A stretch of DNA of 64,000 nt from Dehalococcoidia bacterium (GCA_030612025.1 JAUWOR010000001.1:135234-199233); one strand, 5' to 3'. Counted from the stretch's first letter, positions 39,811-50,432 are shown. Numbers and translations: made by a program. Notes: a model not told the origin generated them from the sequence alone.

Positions 39811-42093
39811 ATGCTGCAATTAAGATCCCTAGAGCAAGTGGAGCAGCTCAAGAGCCAATTTATTGAGCGGCTCAGAAACCAGGGCTACGAGGTAGAGCAA
39901 AACGCCACCCTTACAGGCGAGTCCGGCGGTGAGCACTCCTTCGACATTCTAGCCCGTAAAAGTCAAGGTTTTACTGTCTATACTATGACCATAGACATTG
40001 TTGTGCACGATGATAATCAAGAAATAAGCTTGGCTGAAGTCTTCGCTTTTGATGACAAATGCTATGACTGTGGCATTAAAGATAAAATCCTCATTGCCCT
40101 TCCCAGACTTGACTCTACAGCGGCCCACTTTACTCAGAGGCAGCGAATAAAGGTTTTCGATAACGAAAGCCTGGGAATATTTTTAGCCTCACCATCACCA
40201 TCGCCCCCTCCTCCAGCCAAAAAGGGCGCTCTCAATTGGGAAACGAAGCCTCAATTTCTAGAATCTTTAGCTGCCACTGGCTACAAAGTTGAGGAGAACG
40301 CCAGGGTCAAGGGAAGGTCAGGAGCTGAGTATACTTTTAACATTCTAGCTCAGCTAGAAGATGGTTTTATAGCACACAAGGTAGGTATAGATGTAATAAC
40401 CAGAGATGAAGTAAGCTTACCCCAAGTATACCTATTCGATACCAAAGCCTACGATGCTGGAATTCAGGAGAAGGTTCTTTTGTACTTGGGGGAGCTTGTT
40501 CCCGAAGCCAGGCAATTCGCTCAGCAGCAGGGAATAAAGCTCATCAAGATTAAAAGCCACGCTACCGAGGACTTGCTAAGCACAGCACCAGAGGTAAAGC
40601 CAGGGAAAAAATCCCTTAGGCGTAGAATTCAGCCTGAAGTGTTGCAGCTAATTCCAGAAGATATGGCAAGAAAATTTAGTGCCATGCCGCTAGCTACTAT
40701 GAACAGCGTGCTGCAAGTAGCTATAGCAAATCCCGCTGATATCTTCGCCCTAGAAGCTTTGGCATTACAAACCAGAATGAGAATAGAGCCTATAGTTGCC
40801 AGCGAAAAGGAAATTCGGGAAGCCATTGACTTTAATTACAAAGGCTTCGGACAAATTGAAGAGCAAATATCTCGTATCCCCACAGGTGCTGAGGCAGTTG
40901 ATGAACAAGCCTTGATTGAAGCTGCCGAGGATACTCCAGTGGCTAGTGCTTTGCGCCTGATTATCGATGAGGCGGCTAAAGCCAGAGCCTCGGATATCCA
41001 TCTTGAGCCGGAAGAAGATAGATTAAGAATCCGCTATCGCATTGACGGCGCCCTCCAGGATGTTATGTCCCTGCCCTTAAAAATACATCCTCCCCTCACC
41101 TCAAGAATAAAGATAATGGCTGATATGAATATCGCCGACCATCTCCGTCCCCAAGATGGGCAATTTTCCACCGAGGCTAAAGGCAGAGCTATAGATATCC
41201 GTGTGGCTACCTCTCCTACTGTCCACGGCGAGACGACGGTCTTGCGTCTCCTGGATAAATCATTAGGCATTATAGATTTACCTCAGTTAGGTTTTTCTCC
41301 CGATACTCTAGCTAAGTATGAAAACATGCTTAAAGTTCCCTTCGGCATGATTTTAATTAGCGGTCCCACCGGGGCAGGCAAAACTACCACCCTTTACGCC
41401 TCAGTCAATAAGCTGGATAAGATATCCCGCAATATCATCACTATTGAGGATCCGGTGGAATACCGCTTTGCCAACATGAATCAAATTCAGGTTAATCCCA
41501 GGGCAGGGCTTGTCTTTGCCAGCGGGCTGAGGTCCATATTGCGTCTCGACCCCGATGTTATACTAGTAGGCGAGATTCGTGATGCTGAGACCGCCAGGAT
41601 AGCGATTCAGGCAGCTTTAACGGGACATCTAGTCCTCTCTTCTATCCATGCCAATAATGCCATTGGTGTCATCTTTCGTCTCCTTGACCTGGGCATAGAG
41701 CCCTTCTTAGTATCATCGGCAGTTATCGGTGTAGTGGCGCAGAGAATGGTGCGACGCATCTGCCCTGATTGTTGCGACTACAAGGAAGCTCCTTTGATGG
41801 AGCAATTAGCTTATGCTAAAGAAACAGGCGAAAAACGGACTGAGCTCCTCTATGGCACCGGCTGCGAGCTATGTTCCTATACTGGATACCGAGGCAGAAC
41901 AGGAATTTTCGAAGTTCTGCCCATAAGCGATGAAATAAGAATGCAAATACTGAACCACACCAGCACTGCTGAGATTCGAAAGCAGACAATTAAGGAGGGA
42001 ATGATACCACTAATCAAAGATGGCATGCTCAAAGTGAAGGCAGGTATCACCACCCCCTCGGAAGTCCTGCGCAACGCTTACTTTATAGAGTAA
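39811..42093 (+). CDS. pilB: PilB/GspE assembly ATPase with two N-terminal restriction-endonuclease-like repeats
   Basis: ASDIHLEP, GPTGAGKTT, TIEDPVE, LRLDPDVILVGEIRD, Zn CxxC pairs, GRTGIFE. Confidence 0.9.
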   Translation: MLQLRSLEQVEQLKSQFIERLRNQGYEVEQNATLTGESGGEHSFDILARKSQGFTVYTMTIDIVVHDDNQEISLAEVFAFDDKCYDCGIKDKILIALPRLDSTAAHFTQRQRIKVFDNESLGIFLASPSPSPPPPAKKGALNWETKPQFLESLAATGYKVEENARVKGRSGAEYTFNILAQLEDGFIAHKVGIDVITRDEVSLPQVYLFDTKAYDAGIQEKVLLYLGELVPEARQFAQQQGIKLIKIKSHATEDLLSTAPEVKPGKKSLRRRIQPEVLQLIPEDMARKFSAMPLATMNSVLQVAIANPADIFALEALALQTRMRIEPIVASEKEIREAIDFNYKGFGQIEEQISRIPTGAEAVDEQALIEAAEDTPVASALRLIIDEAAKARASDIHLEPEEDRLRIRYRIDGALQDVMSLPLKIHPPLTSRIKIMADMNIADHLRPQDGQFSTEAKGRAIDIRVATSPTVHGETTVLRLLDKSLGIIDLPQLGFSPDTLAKYENMLKVPFGMILISGPTGAGKTTTLYASVNKLDKISRNIITIEDPVEYRFANMNQIQVNPRAGLVFASGLRSILRLDPDVILVGEIRDAETARIAIQAALTGHLVLSSIHANNAIGVIFRLLDLGIEPFLVSSAVIGVVAQRMVRRICPDCCDYKEAPLMEQLAYAKETGEKRTELLYGTGCELCSYTGYRGRTGIFEVLPISDEIRMQILNHTSTAEIRKQTIKEGMIPLIKDGMLKVKAGITTPSEVLRNAYFIE

Positions 42094-42101
42094 AGGTTGT
42101 T

Positions 42102-43313
42102 ATGCAATATTCCTATGTTGCCGGCACCGAAGATAATAGAATAGTTAAAGGCAGGCTTTCTGCAGTTAACGAGGAAGCCGCCGGTGACATACTGTCTGCC
42201 AGTGGCTATCGAGTGCTTAGCCTAAAAGAAGCTACGCCGTTTTTACCGGCAACGAAATTAACCACCCGATTTCGCCCCATAAACCCAACCGAAATAATAA
42301 TGTTTTCCCGGCAACTAGCTTTGCTTTTAGAATCAGGCACTGATGTCGTTACTTCTTTAGAGTTACTAAAGGCTCAAGTAACCAGCCGCACCTTAAAAAA
42401 GATAATTGACGAGGTAGTCTCTGATGTTCGAAGTGGTAGCCCTATATCACAGGCTCTAAGTAAGTATCCCCACACCTTTTCCCCCATTTACCATCGGCTG
42501 GTATCCGTAGGAGAAAAAAGTGGCAATCTGGAAGTGGTATTAAGGCGCGCCGCTAATTATATAGAAAGGGTAGCTACAACTCGAAAAAGCATCAAGAGTG
42601 CCTTAGTTTATCCTACCATCGTTTTTATCGTCGCCATCGTAGTCATTGCAGTATTAATAGCCTTCGTTTTCCCTGCCTTCTCTGGTTTTTATGCCTTATT
42701 TGGCGTCCAGTTACCAGCATCAACTAAAGCACTTATCGCCATCACTGATTGGCTGCACCACTATGGTCTTTGGCTCCTGGCAGGAATAGTGGCTGCTTTA
42801 GTTATAGGATATGCCTATACCAAGACTCCGGCTGGTAGATATCAATGGGGCAAATTAGCCCTCAGCCTACCTCGCATCGGACGTATCAATCTCCTTAACG
42901 AGCTTTCCAGGTGTTGCCACACTATAGCATTGTTGTATAGCAGCGGTTTGCCCTTGCCTGAAATAATGACCTTAATTATCCAGGGAACCAACAATAAGGC
43001 CATGGCAAAGGCATTGACCCAAGTTCAACAAGATATGATTGCTGGCCAAGGCCTATCCCGTCCCATGGCCAAAAACAAGCTTTTCCTGCCCCTTACGGTG
43101 CAAATGGCTGCCGTGGGTGAGGAGACCGGCAATCTGGACAAGACATTAACCGCTGTAGCCGAAAGCTATGAAATTGAAGCCGATGATAAAACTAAAGCTA
43201 TGGTGGCCCTTATTACCCCGGCTATGACCATAATCATCGGCCTGATAGTGGGCTTTATCGCTCTATCTCTGCTTTCAGCTATGTACTCCATCTACGGGCA
43301 GGTAGGTTTCTAA
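42102..43313 (+). CDS. pilC: PilC/GspF platform protein
   Basis: FSRQLALLLESG, GEKSGNL, IKSALVYP, VGEETGNLD. Confidence 0.9.
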   Translation: MQYSYVAGTEDNRIVKGRLSAVNEEAAGDILSASGYRVLSLKEATPFLPATKLTTRFRPINPTEIIMFSRQLALLLESGTDVVTSLELLKAQVTSRTLKKIIDEVVSDVRSGSPISQALSKYPHTFSPIYHRLVSVGEKSGNLEVVLRRAANYIERVATTRKSIKSALVYPTIVFIVAIVVIAVLIAFVFPAFSGFYALFGVQLPASTKALIAITDWLHHYGLWLLAGIVAALVIGYAYTKTPAGRYQWGKLALSLPRIGRINLLNELSRCCHTIALLYSSGLPLPEIMTLIIQGTNNKAMAKALTQVQQDMIAGQGLSRPMAKNKLFLPLTVQMAAVGEETGNLDKTLTAVAESYEIEADDKTKAMVALITPAMTIIIGLIVGFIALSLLSAMYSIYGQVGF

Positions 43314-43314
43314 G

Positions 43315-43698
43315 ATGGATAAAATAACCAAGGTTTTCAAGGGTAGCTCTAAGGGCGCAGGCGCTATTGAAGCCATAATAGCCTTGGGTATCCTGGGCAT
43401 AGTTGCCCTTGCCTTCCTTGGCGGTCTATCCACCGCACTCAAAGCCGTCTCTATCGCTGATGAGAGGTCGGTAGCCCAAAGTCTAGCCCAGAGCCAGGTG
43501 GAGTATGTTAAGAGCCAGAATTATATCAATTATAGTGAGACGGGGCACGAAAATTATGCCTTAATAACCACTCCTGATAACTATGATTTAAGCCTCTCTG
43601 TGGTGCAACTTAACGATGGACTCCAGAAGATAACAGTTATCGCTAAACATAACTATAAGGAAGTGCTTACACTAGAAGACTATAAGGTAGACCGATGA
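43315..43698 (+). CDS. Minor pilin-like protein
   Basis: KG|AGAIEAIIALGILG: class III-like signal with E5. Confidence 0.7.
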   Translation: MDKITKVFKGSSKGAGAIEAIIALGILGIVALAFLGGLSTALKAVSIADERSVAQSLAQSQVEYVKSQNYINYSETGHENYALITTPDNYDLSLSVVQLNDGLQKITVIAKHNYKEVLTLEDYKVDR

Positions 43699-43802
43699 AC
43701 CCTTTTGTCATTGCGAGCCCTTGGGTTTCTGTCATTCTGAGGGAGAGAAGCGATCGAAGAATCTCGTTCAGGACGGGCTCAATAAAGCAATATCGTAGAT
43801 AA

Positions 43803-44399
43803 ATGAAAGTGGAAAAAAAATCAATACTAAAGAAATTAAAGAGCAGCCAAAAAGGCTTCACCATGATTGAACTAATAATAGCTATTGCCTTAACAGGCAT
43901 CATTGGTGCTGCTGCCACTATGAGCATACATCAAGTGATTACCAGCACCGCCCTCAGTAATAACGAAAACACCGCCATAAACCAGGTGCGCAATGCCGGT
44001 TACTGGATTAGCCGAGATGCTCAGATGGCTCAAAGCATAGTGGCCGAGAACCTTACCGCTCCAAAAATCCTGGTCTTAGACTGGGTAGGTTTGGAGTGGA
44101 AGGAGGGGTCTAGTCAAGATGAGAGACAATGCACTAATGTTTATCACGTCGAATACCTCTATGATGGTAACGAGCTTAAGCGCCACCAGAAGATAACCAC
44201 CTATAAATATACCACTGCAGGTCAGCTTGTGGAGACGGTTGAGAGCGAAAGCACTATGTTAGTTGCCGACCACATTACCTCCATATCTACTCTTGACCCG
44301 GCGCTGAGCGGTGGCAAACTGGTAGTAACCATAAAAGCTGAGTGCCATGAGGTTGAGGAGGAGAGAAGCTACGAAATCAAACCCAGACCCACTGTCTGA
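43803..44399 (+). CDS. Prepilin-type minor pilin
   Basis: QKG|FTMIELIIAIAL. Confidence 0.88.
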   Translation: MKVEKKSILKKLKSSQKGFTMIELIIAIALTGIIGAAATMSIHQVITSTALSNNENTAINQVRNAGYWISRDAQMAQSIVAENLTAPKILVLDWVGLEWKEGSSQDERQCTNVYHVEYLYDGNELKRHQKITTYKYTTAGQLVETVESESTMLVADHITSISTLDPALSGGKLVVTIKAECHEVEEERSYEIKPRPTV

Positions 44400-44421
44400 T
44401 ACCTGAAAATAGGGGCTAAAA

Positions 44422-45342
44422 ATGAAGTTGCTAAAGAAAATAATCAAGGGGGAAAGCGGGCAAGCCTTGCCAATAGTCCTGATTTTGCTGGTTCTGGGTG
44501 GATTACTCATTGCTCCTGTTCTTGGCTACGCCTCTACCACGCTTAAAGTTGGTCAGATGCACGAGCAAAAAATGGCTGCGCTCTACGCCGCTGATGCTGG
44601 AATAGAAGATGCCATACATAAGATAGTAACTGACGATGCATCATTGGAAGACTTAGAAATGGGGAAACCTTACAACTACCCTCCAGAAAGCTTGCCGGTG
44701 ATAAACAATTTAGCACTAGCTTCTATCACCGTAACCAAGTGGCCACTTGTGTATAGTATTCTTGGTGAAAAGGAGTATAAGTTGAGCCAGCCCCATTCCG
44801 GATGGATTCAGCATGAGATGCCGATTGAAGTGAGCCGAACCGAGGACTATGTTGAATATGCCTGTGATATTACTATTGCGTATAATGAAACAGGAGACAG
44901 GCGGCTATCAGGCATAGGTGCCTTTTTCTCCCCCCTTCCTGGCAATGAGAATTTAATTGACTGTCCGTATGATGTCAACCCCTCAGGTGTCATTACTTTG
45001 GACAAACTTACCAGTACCTCTCCCGAGGTGAAACCCACCACTGGAGGATGGGCAGTAGTCTGGAGGTGGGAGAAAGACCAAGGTCCAATATTTGATACCA
45101 CTAATAATGAGGGGGGCCTCAGCTTTAAGTTTAAGATATGGGATCCTGACTGGGAACTAGGACTCTATTTTACCTTCCTGACCACGCAATCGCAGGATAT
45201 ATCCTACTCAGCCAGCAGAGACCTATACAGGTGGGTAATCAAAGCGGAGGCTGGAGATACCATTGTCAGGTCATGTGTGATAGAAGAAGGGGAAAATAAT
45301 AGCTTGGACGTTCTAACCTGGGAAATCAACCCACCAGCATAA
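44422..45342 (+). CDS. PilX/TadG-like pilin-type protein
   Basis: ESG|QALPIVLILLVLG, ALYAADAGIEDA. Confidence 0.75.
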   Translation: MKLLKKIIKGESGQALPIVLILLVLGGLLIAPVLGYASTTLKVGQMHEQKMAALYAADAGIEDAIHKIVTDDASLEDLEMGKPYNYPPESLPVINNLALASITVTKWPLVYSILGEKEYKLSQPHSGWIQHEMPIEVSRTEDYVEYACDITIAYNETGDRRLSGIGAFFSPLPGNENLIDCPYDVNPSGVITLDKLTSTSPEVKPTTGGWAVVWRWEKDQGPIFDTTNNEGGLSFKFKIWDPDWELGLYFTFLTTQSQDISYSASRDLYRWVIKAEAGDTIVRSCVIEEGENNSLDVLTWEINPPA

Positions 45343-45362
45343 TAGTTAAGCTTTAATGCCAA

Positions 45363-45968
45363 GTGAGGAGTATTCAGGTAAAAGAATGGCAATTAAAGAC
45401 ACAGGGCAGAAGAGAAAGGCTAAATTCATTGAAGATAAGTAAAACAGTGCGATGGATTTTAACCCTTGGCATCCTGGCTATTCTCCTTGTCAGCCTGGGT
45501 ATCAGCTATTCGCACCGGAAAACGGAGCAAGATGAGCTAAGTTCTTCTATAGCTCAGGCTAAGCAAGAGCTCATCCAATTGATCGAATACACCAAGCAGG
45601 GGAACGGATTAGAAACGAGGCTTAGCCAAGCCAATTCGCGGCTTGCAAGTGTTAAGGAAGAGTTTCACAAGCCCACTCAGTCTGTGGAGATCAGCGATGT
45701 CCTGTTTCAAGCGGCTAACGATGCCAATGTGACCATTACCAGGCTTAGCTCTTCAACCCCGGCCAGTGAGGAGGTAAATGGCATTGGCTTTCGTGTCTTC
45801 TCCCTGGGCATCACTGCAGAAGGTGAGGTAGTAGCGCTGCTCAACTTTATGAGGAAGCTGAGCGATAGATTCCCCAACAGTAGCATAAGCTCAGCAAGGG
45901 TTACCATTTCTCAGGGAAAGGGCTCACTGGGTTTGAGCATGAAAATTTATGCTTATGAGGTTAAATAA
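45363..45968 (+). CDS. PilO-like assembly protein
   Basis: TM, coiled coil and ferredoxin-like C-terminus (AEGEVVALLNFM); gene position. Confidence 0.6.
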   Translation: MRSIQVKEWQLKTQGRRERLNSLKISKTVRWILTLGILAILLVSLGISYSHRKTEQDELSSSIAQAKQELIQLIEYTKQGNGLETRLSQANSRLASVKEEFHKPTQSVEISDVLFQAANDANVTITRLSSSTPASEEVNGIGFRVFSLGITAEGEVVALLNFMRKLSDRFPNSSISSARVTISQGKGSLGLSMKIYAYEVK

Positions 45969-47407
45969 TGGCGAAAAAGGCGACTACCATATACATAGAT
46001 GATTCTGCTATCTGGGTGTTGGTGACTAAGGGAAAGCAACCACGAAAATGGTCCAGCACGCCTCTGGAGCCTGGCATGGTCAAGGGTGGAGTTGTTCATG
46101 ATGAAGATGCCGTAGCTGCCAAGCTAAGGGAGTTGTGGAAAGATAAGAGGATAGAAAAAAGACGGGTAATCGCCGGCGTCAGTGGCATCAACTGCCTCTA
46201 TCGTTTAATTACCCTTCCCGAACTGCCAAAAGACATGCTGCCCGAGGCAGTGAGGAGGGAGGCAGCCAGGATTCTAGCCGTCCCTCTGGAGCAGCTTTAT
46301 CTTTCCTGGCAAACTCTTCCTTCCCCAAGGGGCGAAGCTTTAATCTACCTGGCAGCCTCTCCACGGAATTCCGTGGATACCTTAATCTCCACCCTGCGCA
46401 AGGCAAGATTAAAACCTCGTCTTATGGACTTAAAGCCCCTGGCTTTAGCCAGGACGGTGACCGAGCCCCGAGCTATCATCATTGATGTCCAGCCGGCCAG
46501 TTTTGATATCGTAATCATGGCAGAAAGAATCCCCCAGGTGGTACGTAGCTTGCCTTTGAGCGTGAAAGCTTTGCCGGAGGAGAAGATATCCCTCGTCAGA
46601 GAGGAACTGGATAGAGCTATCACCTTTTATAATTCCAGCCATACGGGTAAACCTGTTGAGGCTGCTACCCCTCTGCTGGTCAGCGGGGAGCTTGCCGAAA
46701 AGCAAGATACTTGGAAGCATCTCTGGGAAAAACCACCGCACCCTGTCCAGGTATTGCCCTCGCCCTTGAAAACCCCAAAAGGCTTCCCCTCAAGTCAATA
46801 TATGACCAATATTGGCCTGGCTCTCAAGGAGGTAGCGGTTTCGGACAAGGGTGCCATTGCTTATTCCCTGGTCAACTTCGATGCTCTTCCTGAAGTTTAC
46901 CGTCCTAAGCCTCGCCCTATGTCTGAAATTCTCTTTATACCCACTATTGTGGTCGGCATTGCCCTGGTGGCTTTTGGCACCTTCTTCAACTATACTGCTT
47001 CTACTCATACCTCCTACTTGCGTGCTGAGCTGGCGAGCATAAACCGCATGGTTGCTTCCAAGCAGGCTCAAGCTAAGGATATAACCGCCCTGAATAAACA
47101 GGTTTCTTCCCTGGAAGCCACGGCTAACGCCTTTACTGCCACACTTCACGGCTTCGCCGCTGGCCGAGATGAAATCAATGGCGATTTAGGTGAGATAAAT
47201 AAGCTACCCGGAGGGGTAGATTTGCAGAGTGTAACTGCTGGCGGCAGTACTCTAACGGTGCAGGGCTCAGCTGACAATGAGGATGCCGTCTTCGGCTATG
47301 CTGAAGATTTGAGAGCCAGCGGCAGATTTGCCCTCGTGGTCATCACCGATATGCAACCCAAAGAGCAGCAAATAGGCTTTACCTTAATGCTTACCAAAGG
47401 TGTCTGA
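45968..47407 (+). CDS. PilM-PilN fusion-like protein
   Basis: Actin-like N-terminus (LEPGMVKGG, DLKPLALAR, NIGLALK), then VNF motif, TM, coiled coil and LTVQGSA. Confidence 0.75.
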   Translation: MAKKATTIYIDDSAIWVLVTKGKQPRKWSSTPLEPGMVKGGVVHDEDAVAAKLRELWKDKRIEKRRVIAGVSGINCLYRLITLPELPKDMLPEAVRREAARILAVPLEQLYLSWQTLPSPRGEALIYLAASPRNSVDTLISTLRKARLKPRLMDLKPLALARTVTEPRAIIIDVQPASFDIVIMAERIPQVVRSLPLSVKALPEEKISLVREELDRAITFYNSSHTGKPVEAATPLLVSGELAEKQDTWKHLWEKPPHPVQVLPSPLKTPKGFPSSQYMTNIGLALKEVAVSDKGAIAYSLVNFDALPEVYRPKPRPMSEILFIPTIVVGIALVAFGTFFNYTASTHTSYLRAELASINRMVASKQAQAKDITALNKQVSSLEATANAFTATLHGFAAGRDEINGDLGEINKLPGGVDLQSVTAGGSTLTVQGSADNEDAVFGYAEDLRASGRFALVVITDMQPKEQQIGFTLMLTKGV

Positions 47408-47544
47408 ACTTGGTACTCCATGTCATTGCGAGGCACAAAGTGCCGAAGCAATCTCGGTGGGATGCGGTAGCCTCCGTAAGGGATTGCCACGCCTTCGGCT
47501 CGCAATGACAAGCGGTCGCCGGGTACCAAAATACCCCCAGCACC

Positions 47545-47587
47545 AGGACTAAAAGGTCATTAAAGCGATAGTTTTTTATGTTAATAT
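47545..47587 (+). promoter_or_regulatory. pilT promoter sharing a 17-mer with the pilB promoter
   Basis: AGGACTAAAAGGTCATT, then 16-nt spacing to TG-n-TAATAT. Confidence 0.6.
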
Positions 47588-47595
47588 GAGATGTC

Positions 47596-48675
47596 ATGAC
47601 AAATATCATTGATTTGCTTCGGCTAGCTAAGGAGAAAAAAGCTTCAGATTTGCACCTCGTGGTTGGTTCACCACCTCTGTTGCGCATAAATGGCTCCCTG
47701 GGTTCCGTAGAGGGAATGGCACTGCTATCCCCGGAGGAAATAAGCGAAGCTTTTGTCCAGCTAACTACGCCGAAGCAAAGGGAGGAGTTCCAGCACACCT
47801 TAGAGCTTGATTTCGGCTATACCCTCCCCGGCGTTGGCCGGCTTCGCTGCAATGTCGCTCAGCAAAGGGGAGCTCTCAGTTTTGCTATCCGCCTCTTGCC
47901 ACCAGAGATTCCTACTGTAGACGAACTGGAGTTGCCTCAGGTGTGCAAGGAATTAGCCTTGAGGCCCAGAGGTTTGGTGATAGTTTCTGGACCCACAGGA
48001 AGCGGCAAAACTACTACCCTGGCAGCCATGATACATCACATCAACGCTAATAGAAGCTGCCACATAGTAACCATTGAAGACCCGGTGGAATATAACCACC
48101 CTAACCTCAAGTCTGCCATTACGCAGCGCGAGCTTGGCACCGACACCCTTTCTTTTGCCGCTGCCTTGAAGCATGTATTGAGACAGGACCCTGATGTCAT
48201 ACTTGTGGGGGAGATGAGAGATTTGGAAACCGCCGCTGCTGTCCTTACTGTGGCAGAGACAGGACATCTGGTTCTCAGCACCGGGCATGCCCCCAGCGCA
48301 CCACAGGCTATAGAAAGGGTGGTAGACTTATTCCCACCCCACGAGAGGTACCTCGCCCAGTCAAGGTTAGCTTCCCTTATCAGCGGCGTCCTGTGTCAGA
48401 CGCTGGTGCCACGGGTTGATGGCTCAGGAAGGATAGCCGTGGTGGAAATCATGCTGGGCAGCCCAGCAGTGAGAAACCTCATTCGAGAGGGCAAAATCCA
48501 TCAACTCCCCAACATCATCCGCACCAGCAACCAGGAGGGTATGGAGACGCTGGATCAATCGCTGGTCAGCCTTTATCTCAAGGGAATCATCACCGGGGAG
48601 AACCTGGTCAAATTCTGTCAAAACAAGGATGAAGTAGAGGACATGGTTGGCAAATTGCCATCCCTGGCGAGATAA
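47596..48675 (+). CDS. pilT: Retraction ATPase PilT
   Basis: ASDLHL, GPTGSGKTTTLAAM, LRQDPDVILVGEMRD, AETGHLV, AVRNLIREGK. Confidence 0.93.
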   Translation: MTNIIDLLRLAKEKKASDLHLVVGSPPLLRINGSLGSVEGMALLSPEEISEAFVQLTTPKQREEFQHTLELDFGYTLPGVGRLRCNVAQQRGALSFAIRLLPPEIPTVDELELPQVCKELALRPRGLVIVSGPTGSGKTTTLAAMIHHINANRSCHIVTIEDPVEYNHPNLKSAITQRELGTDTLSFAAALKHVLRQDPDVILVGEMRDLETAAAVLTVAETGHLVLSTGHAPSAPQAIERVVDLFPPHERYLAQSRLASLISGVLCQTLVPRVDGSGRIAVVEIMLGSPAVRNLIREGKIHQLPNIIRTSNQEGMETLDQSLVSLYLKGIITGENLVKFCQNKDEVEDMVGKLPSLAR

Positions 48676-48725
48676 CGAGATAAAATGGCTTTTAGGGTTA
48701 GAGCAAGAAGCCAGCGTTGCTCAGG

Positions 48726-48954
48726 TCAGAGAAATCTACTGAATTCCTCAATAGTAAAGCCAGCCTCTTTGATAATCCGGTTTTGCAAGCTACGCTTAAA
48801 CTCCTTGGGATGTTTGGGGACGGGAATAGGCCTGAGCAACCCCTTCTTATACATATATTACATGGCTACCGGTTTGGCGAACAATATAAAAGCCCGCTTC
48901 CTGGAGCGCTCTGATTAGCTCAGCAGGGGTTAGTGCTGGTAATCTCTGGCTCAC
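48726..48954 (-). pseudogene. hicA: HicA toxin, frameshifted
   Basis: MSQRLPALTPAELIRALQEAGFYIVRQTGSHVI / MYKKG..IPVPKHPKEFKRSLQNRIIKEAG; one extra base in the ATATAT run ~48853-48858. Confidence 0.8.
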
Positions 48955-48961
48955 TAGAGCC

Positions 48962-49219
48962 TCAAGACCTTACCTGCTGATGTAGCAGTGGCTCTAATTC
49001 TTGCGGAATGGGTAGACTTAGGTCCCGAGCAGCAGCGAGACAGCCTAAAAGCGCATCTTCAATATTGTCCAATGCCTCTTCCAGTGTCTCACCCTGAGAA
49101 ACGCAGGAGGGATAAAGCGATACACTGGCGATATAGCCTCCCTCTTCAGCAGGCTCAACCTCATATTCAATATTGCCCTTGATCACTTTTAATTTTTCCC
49201 GGTGCTCTGTTTTTGCCAT
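48962..49219 (-). CDS. hicB: HicB antitoxin
   Basis: EPAEEGGYIA..PSCVSQGETLEEALDNIEDA. Confidence 0.85.
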   Translation of the reverse strand: MAKTEHREKLKVIKGNIEYEVEPAEEGGYIASVSLYPSCVSQGETLEEALDNIEDALLGCLAAARDLSLPIPQELEPLLHQQVRS

Positions 49220-49282
49220 CTTTGATTGTTATTATAGCACACATTAAAAAAATAAGGGCAAGGTTCCAAAATTAGCCCTTCC

Positions 49283-49852
49283 TGTCATCGCAAGCCCCTC
49301 GCCTTCCTGTCATTCTGAACCTCCCCCTTGTCATTCTGAGCACTTCGGCTTCGCTCAGTATAAACTCAGCGAAGAATCTAACCTCTCATTTCCATAGGGA
49401 GATTCTTCGGTCGCTTCCCCTTCCTCTTCACTTCGTTCAGAGTCAGGGCTTCGGCTCACCCCTCAGAATGACGACGCGCAAAGGGCTCAGGGGAGGCTCC
49501 GCGTGGCAATCTCCAGGCAAAATCCCCCCTCCCTCTAACTCCCTTCCACCAGGGGAGGGAGCATCAGTATAGATTGCTTTGGATAGCAGAGGCTGTTTAA
49601 AAATGTAGTTGCCCAATTTATTGGGCGGACTGTGCCTGATAAATCAGGCAACTACAAAATTTTGGGGTGAAGCATCTCTAAAATGCCCGAAATTGAACGA
49701 TAAATCAAAATCATAGTATTCTGCATAAGTGTCTGCCCAGGTTCCTCTCCCTTGATGGGAGACCCCTCTCTACCTGCTGGAGAGGGTAGAGTGAGGCAAG
49801 GTGAGGGTGAATTTCCCCCTCCCTCTAACTCCCTCCCACCAGGGGAGGGAGG
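49283..49852. repeat. Cluster of nested palindromic repeats and a MITE shell
   Basis: GTCATTCTGA..GAAGAATCT family; CCCCCTCCCTCTAACTCCCT..GGGGAGGGAG family; MITE starting at 49589. Confidence 0.8.
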
Positions 49853-49895
49853 ATTATAACAAGTTTTGCCGTTAACTATGGACAGCCTCGCCAAA

Positions 49896-49929
49896 TAAAA
49901 AGAGGGGAATGCTTTGCATTCCCCTCTTT
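49896..49929 (-). terminator. Intrinsic terminator of the pilin gene
   Basis: AAGAGGGGAATGC-TTT-GCATTCCCCTCTT hairpin with T-run on the minus strand. Confidence 0.8.
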
Positions 49930-49988
49930 CTCGCCCTGATAAATTGGCTCTCAGGGGCAGGTGAAGTGAATCAACTATTTAAGCTGCC

Positions 49989-50432
49989 TTAAGTTGTTGG
50001 TTCAGCCCAGCCTGCATCGGTCCACTCAAGCCCTGCCCACTTACCCTCGGCGGTAGCATTTGCACTGCTTATTTCACCATTTCCGATATGGTAGACTGCT
50101 TGCAGCATGCCGGTGAAGAAATCATGGGGATTTGTCCCATCTGCTGGCGAACCAGTAGGGCCTGTGATAACAGAGGCATTACCATCGCCAACCGTGCCGT
50201 CACAGGCACTCCAGTTGTTCTCCACCATGCAGGCGGTGACCGCTGTCTGGACATTGTGAGCCTCGGTATTGGCGGCCTCTACTTTTCCTCGCCCCATGAA
50301 TCTGCCCAGGTTAGGGATGACCACGGCAGCGATGATACCCAGAATGGCAATGACGATGAGCAGCTCAATCAGAGTGAAGCCCTTCTGTCCACGGTGCAGG
50401 CACTTAAAAATGGGATATTTTGTCTTTGGCAT
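49989..50432 (-). CDS. Type IV major pilin candidate
   Basis: QKG|FTLIELLIVIAILGIIAAVVIP; own promoter and terminator. Confidence 0.9.
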   Translation of the reverse strand: MPKTKYPIFKCLHRGQKGFTLIELLIVIAILGIIAAVVIPNLGRFMGRGKVEAANTEAHNVQTAVTACMVENNWSACDGTVGDGNASVITGPTGSPADGTNPHDFFTGMLQAVYHIGNGEISSANATAEGKWAGLEWTDAGWAEPTT

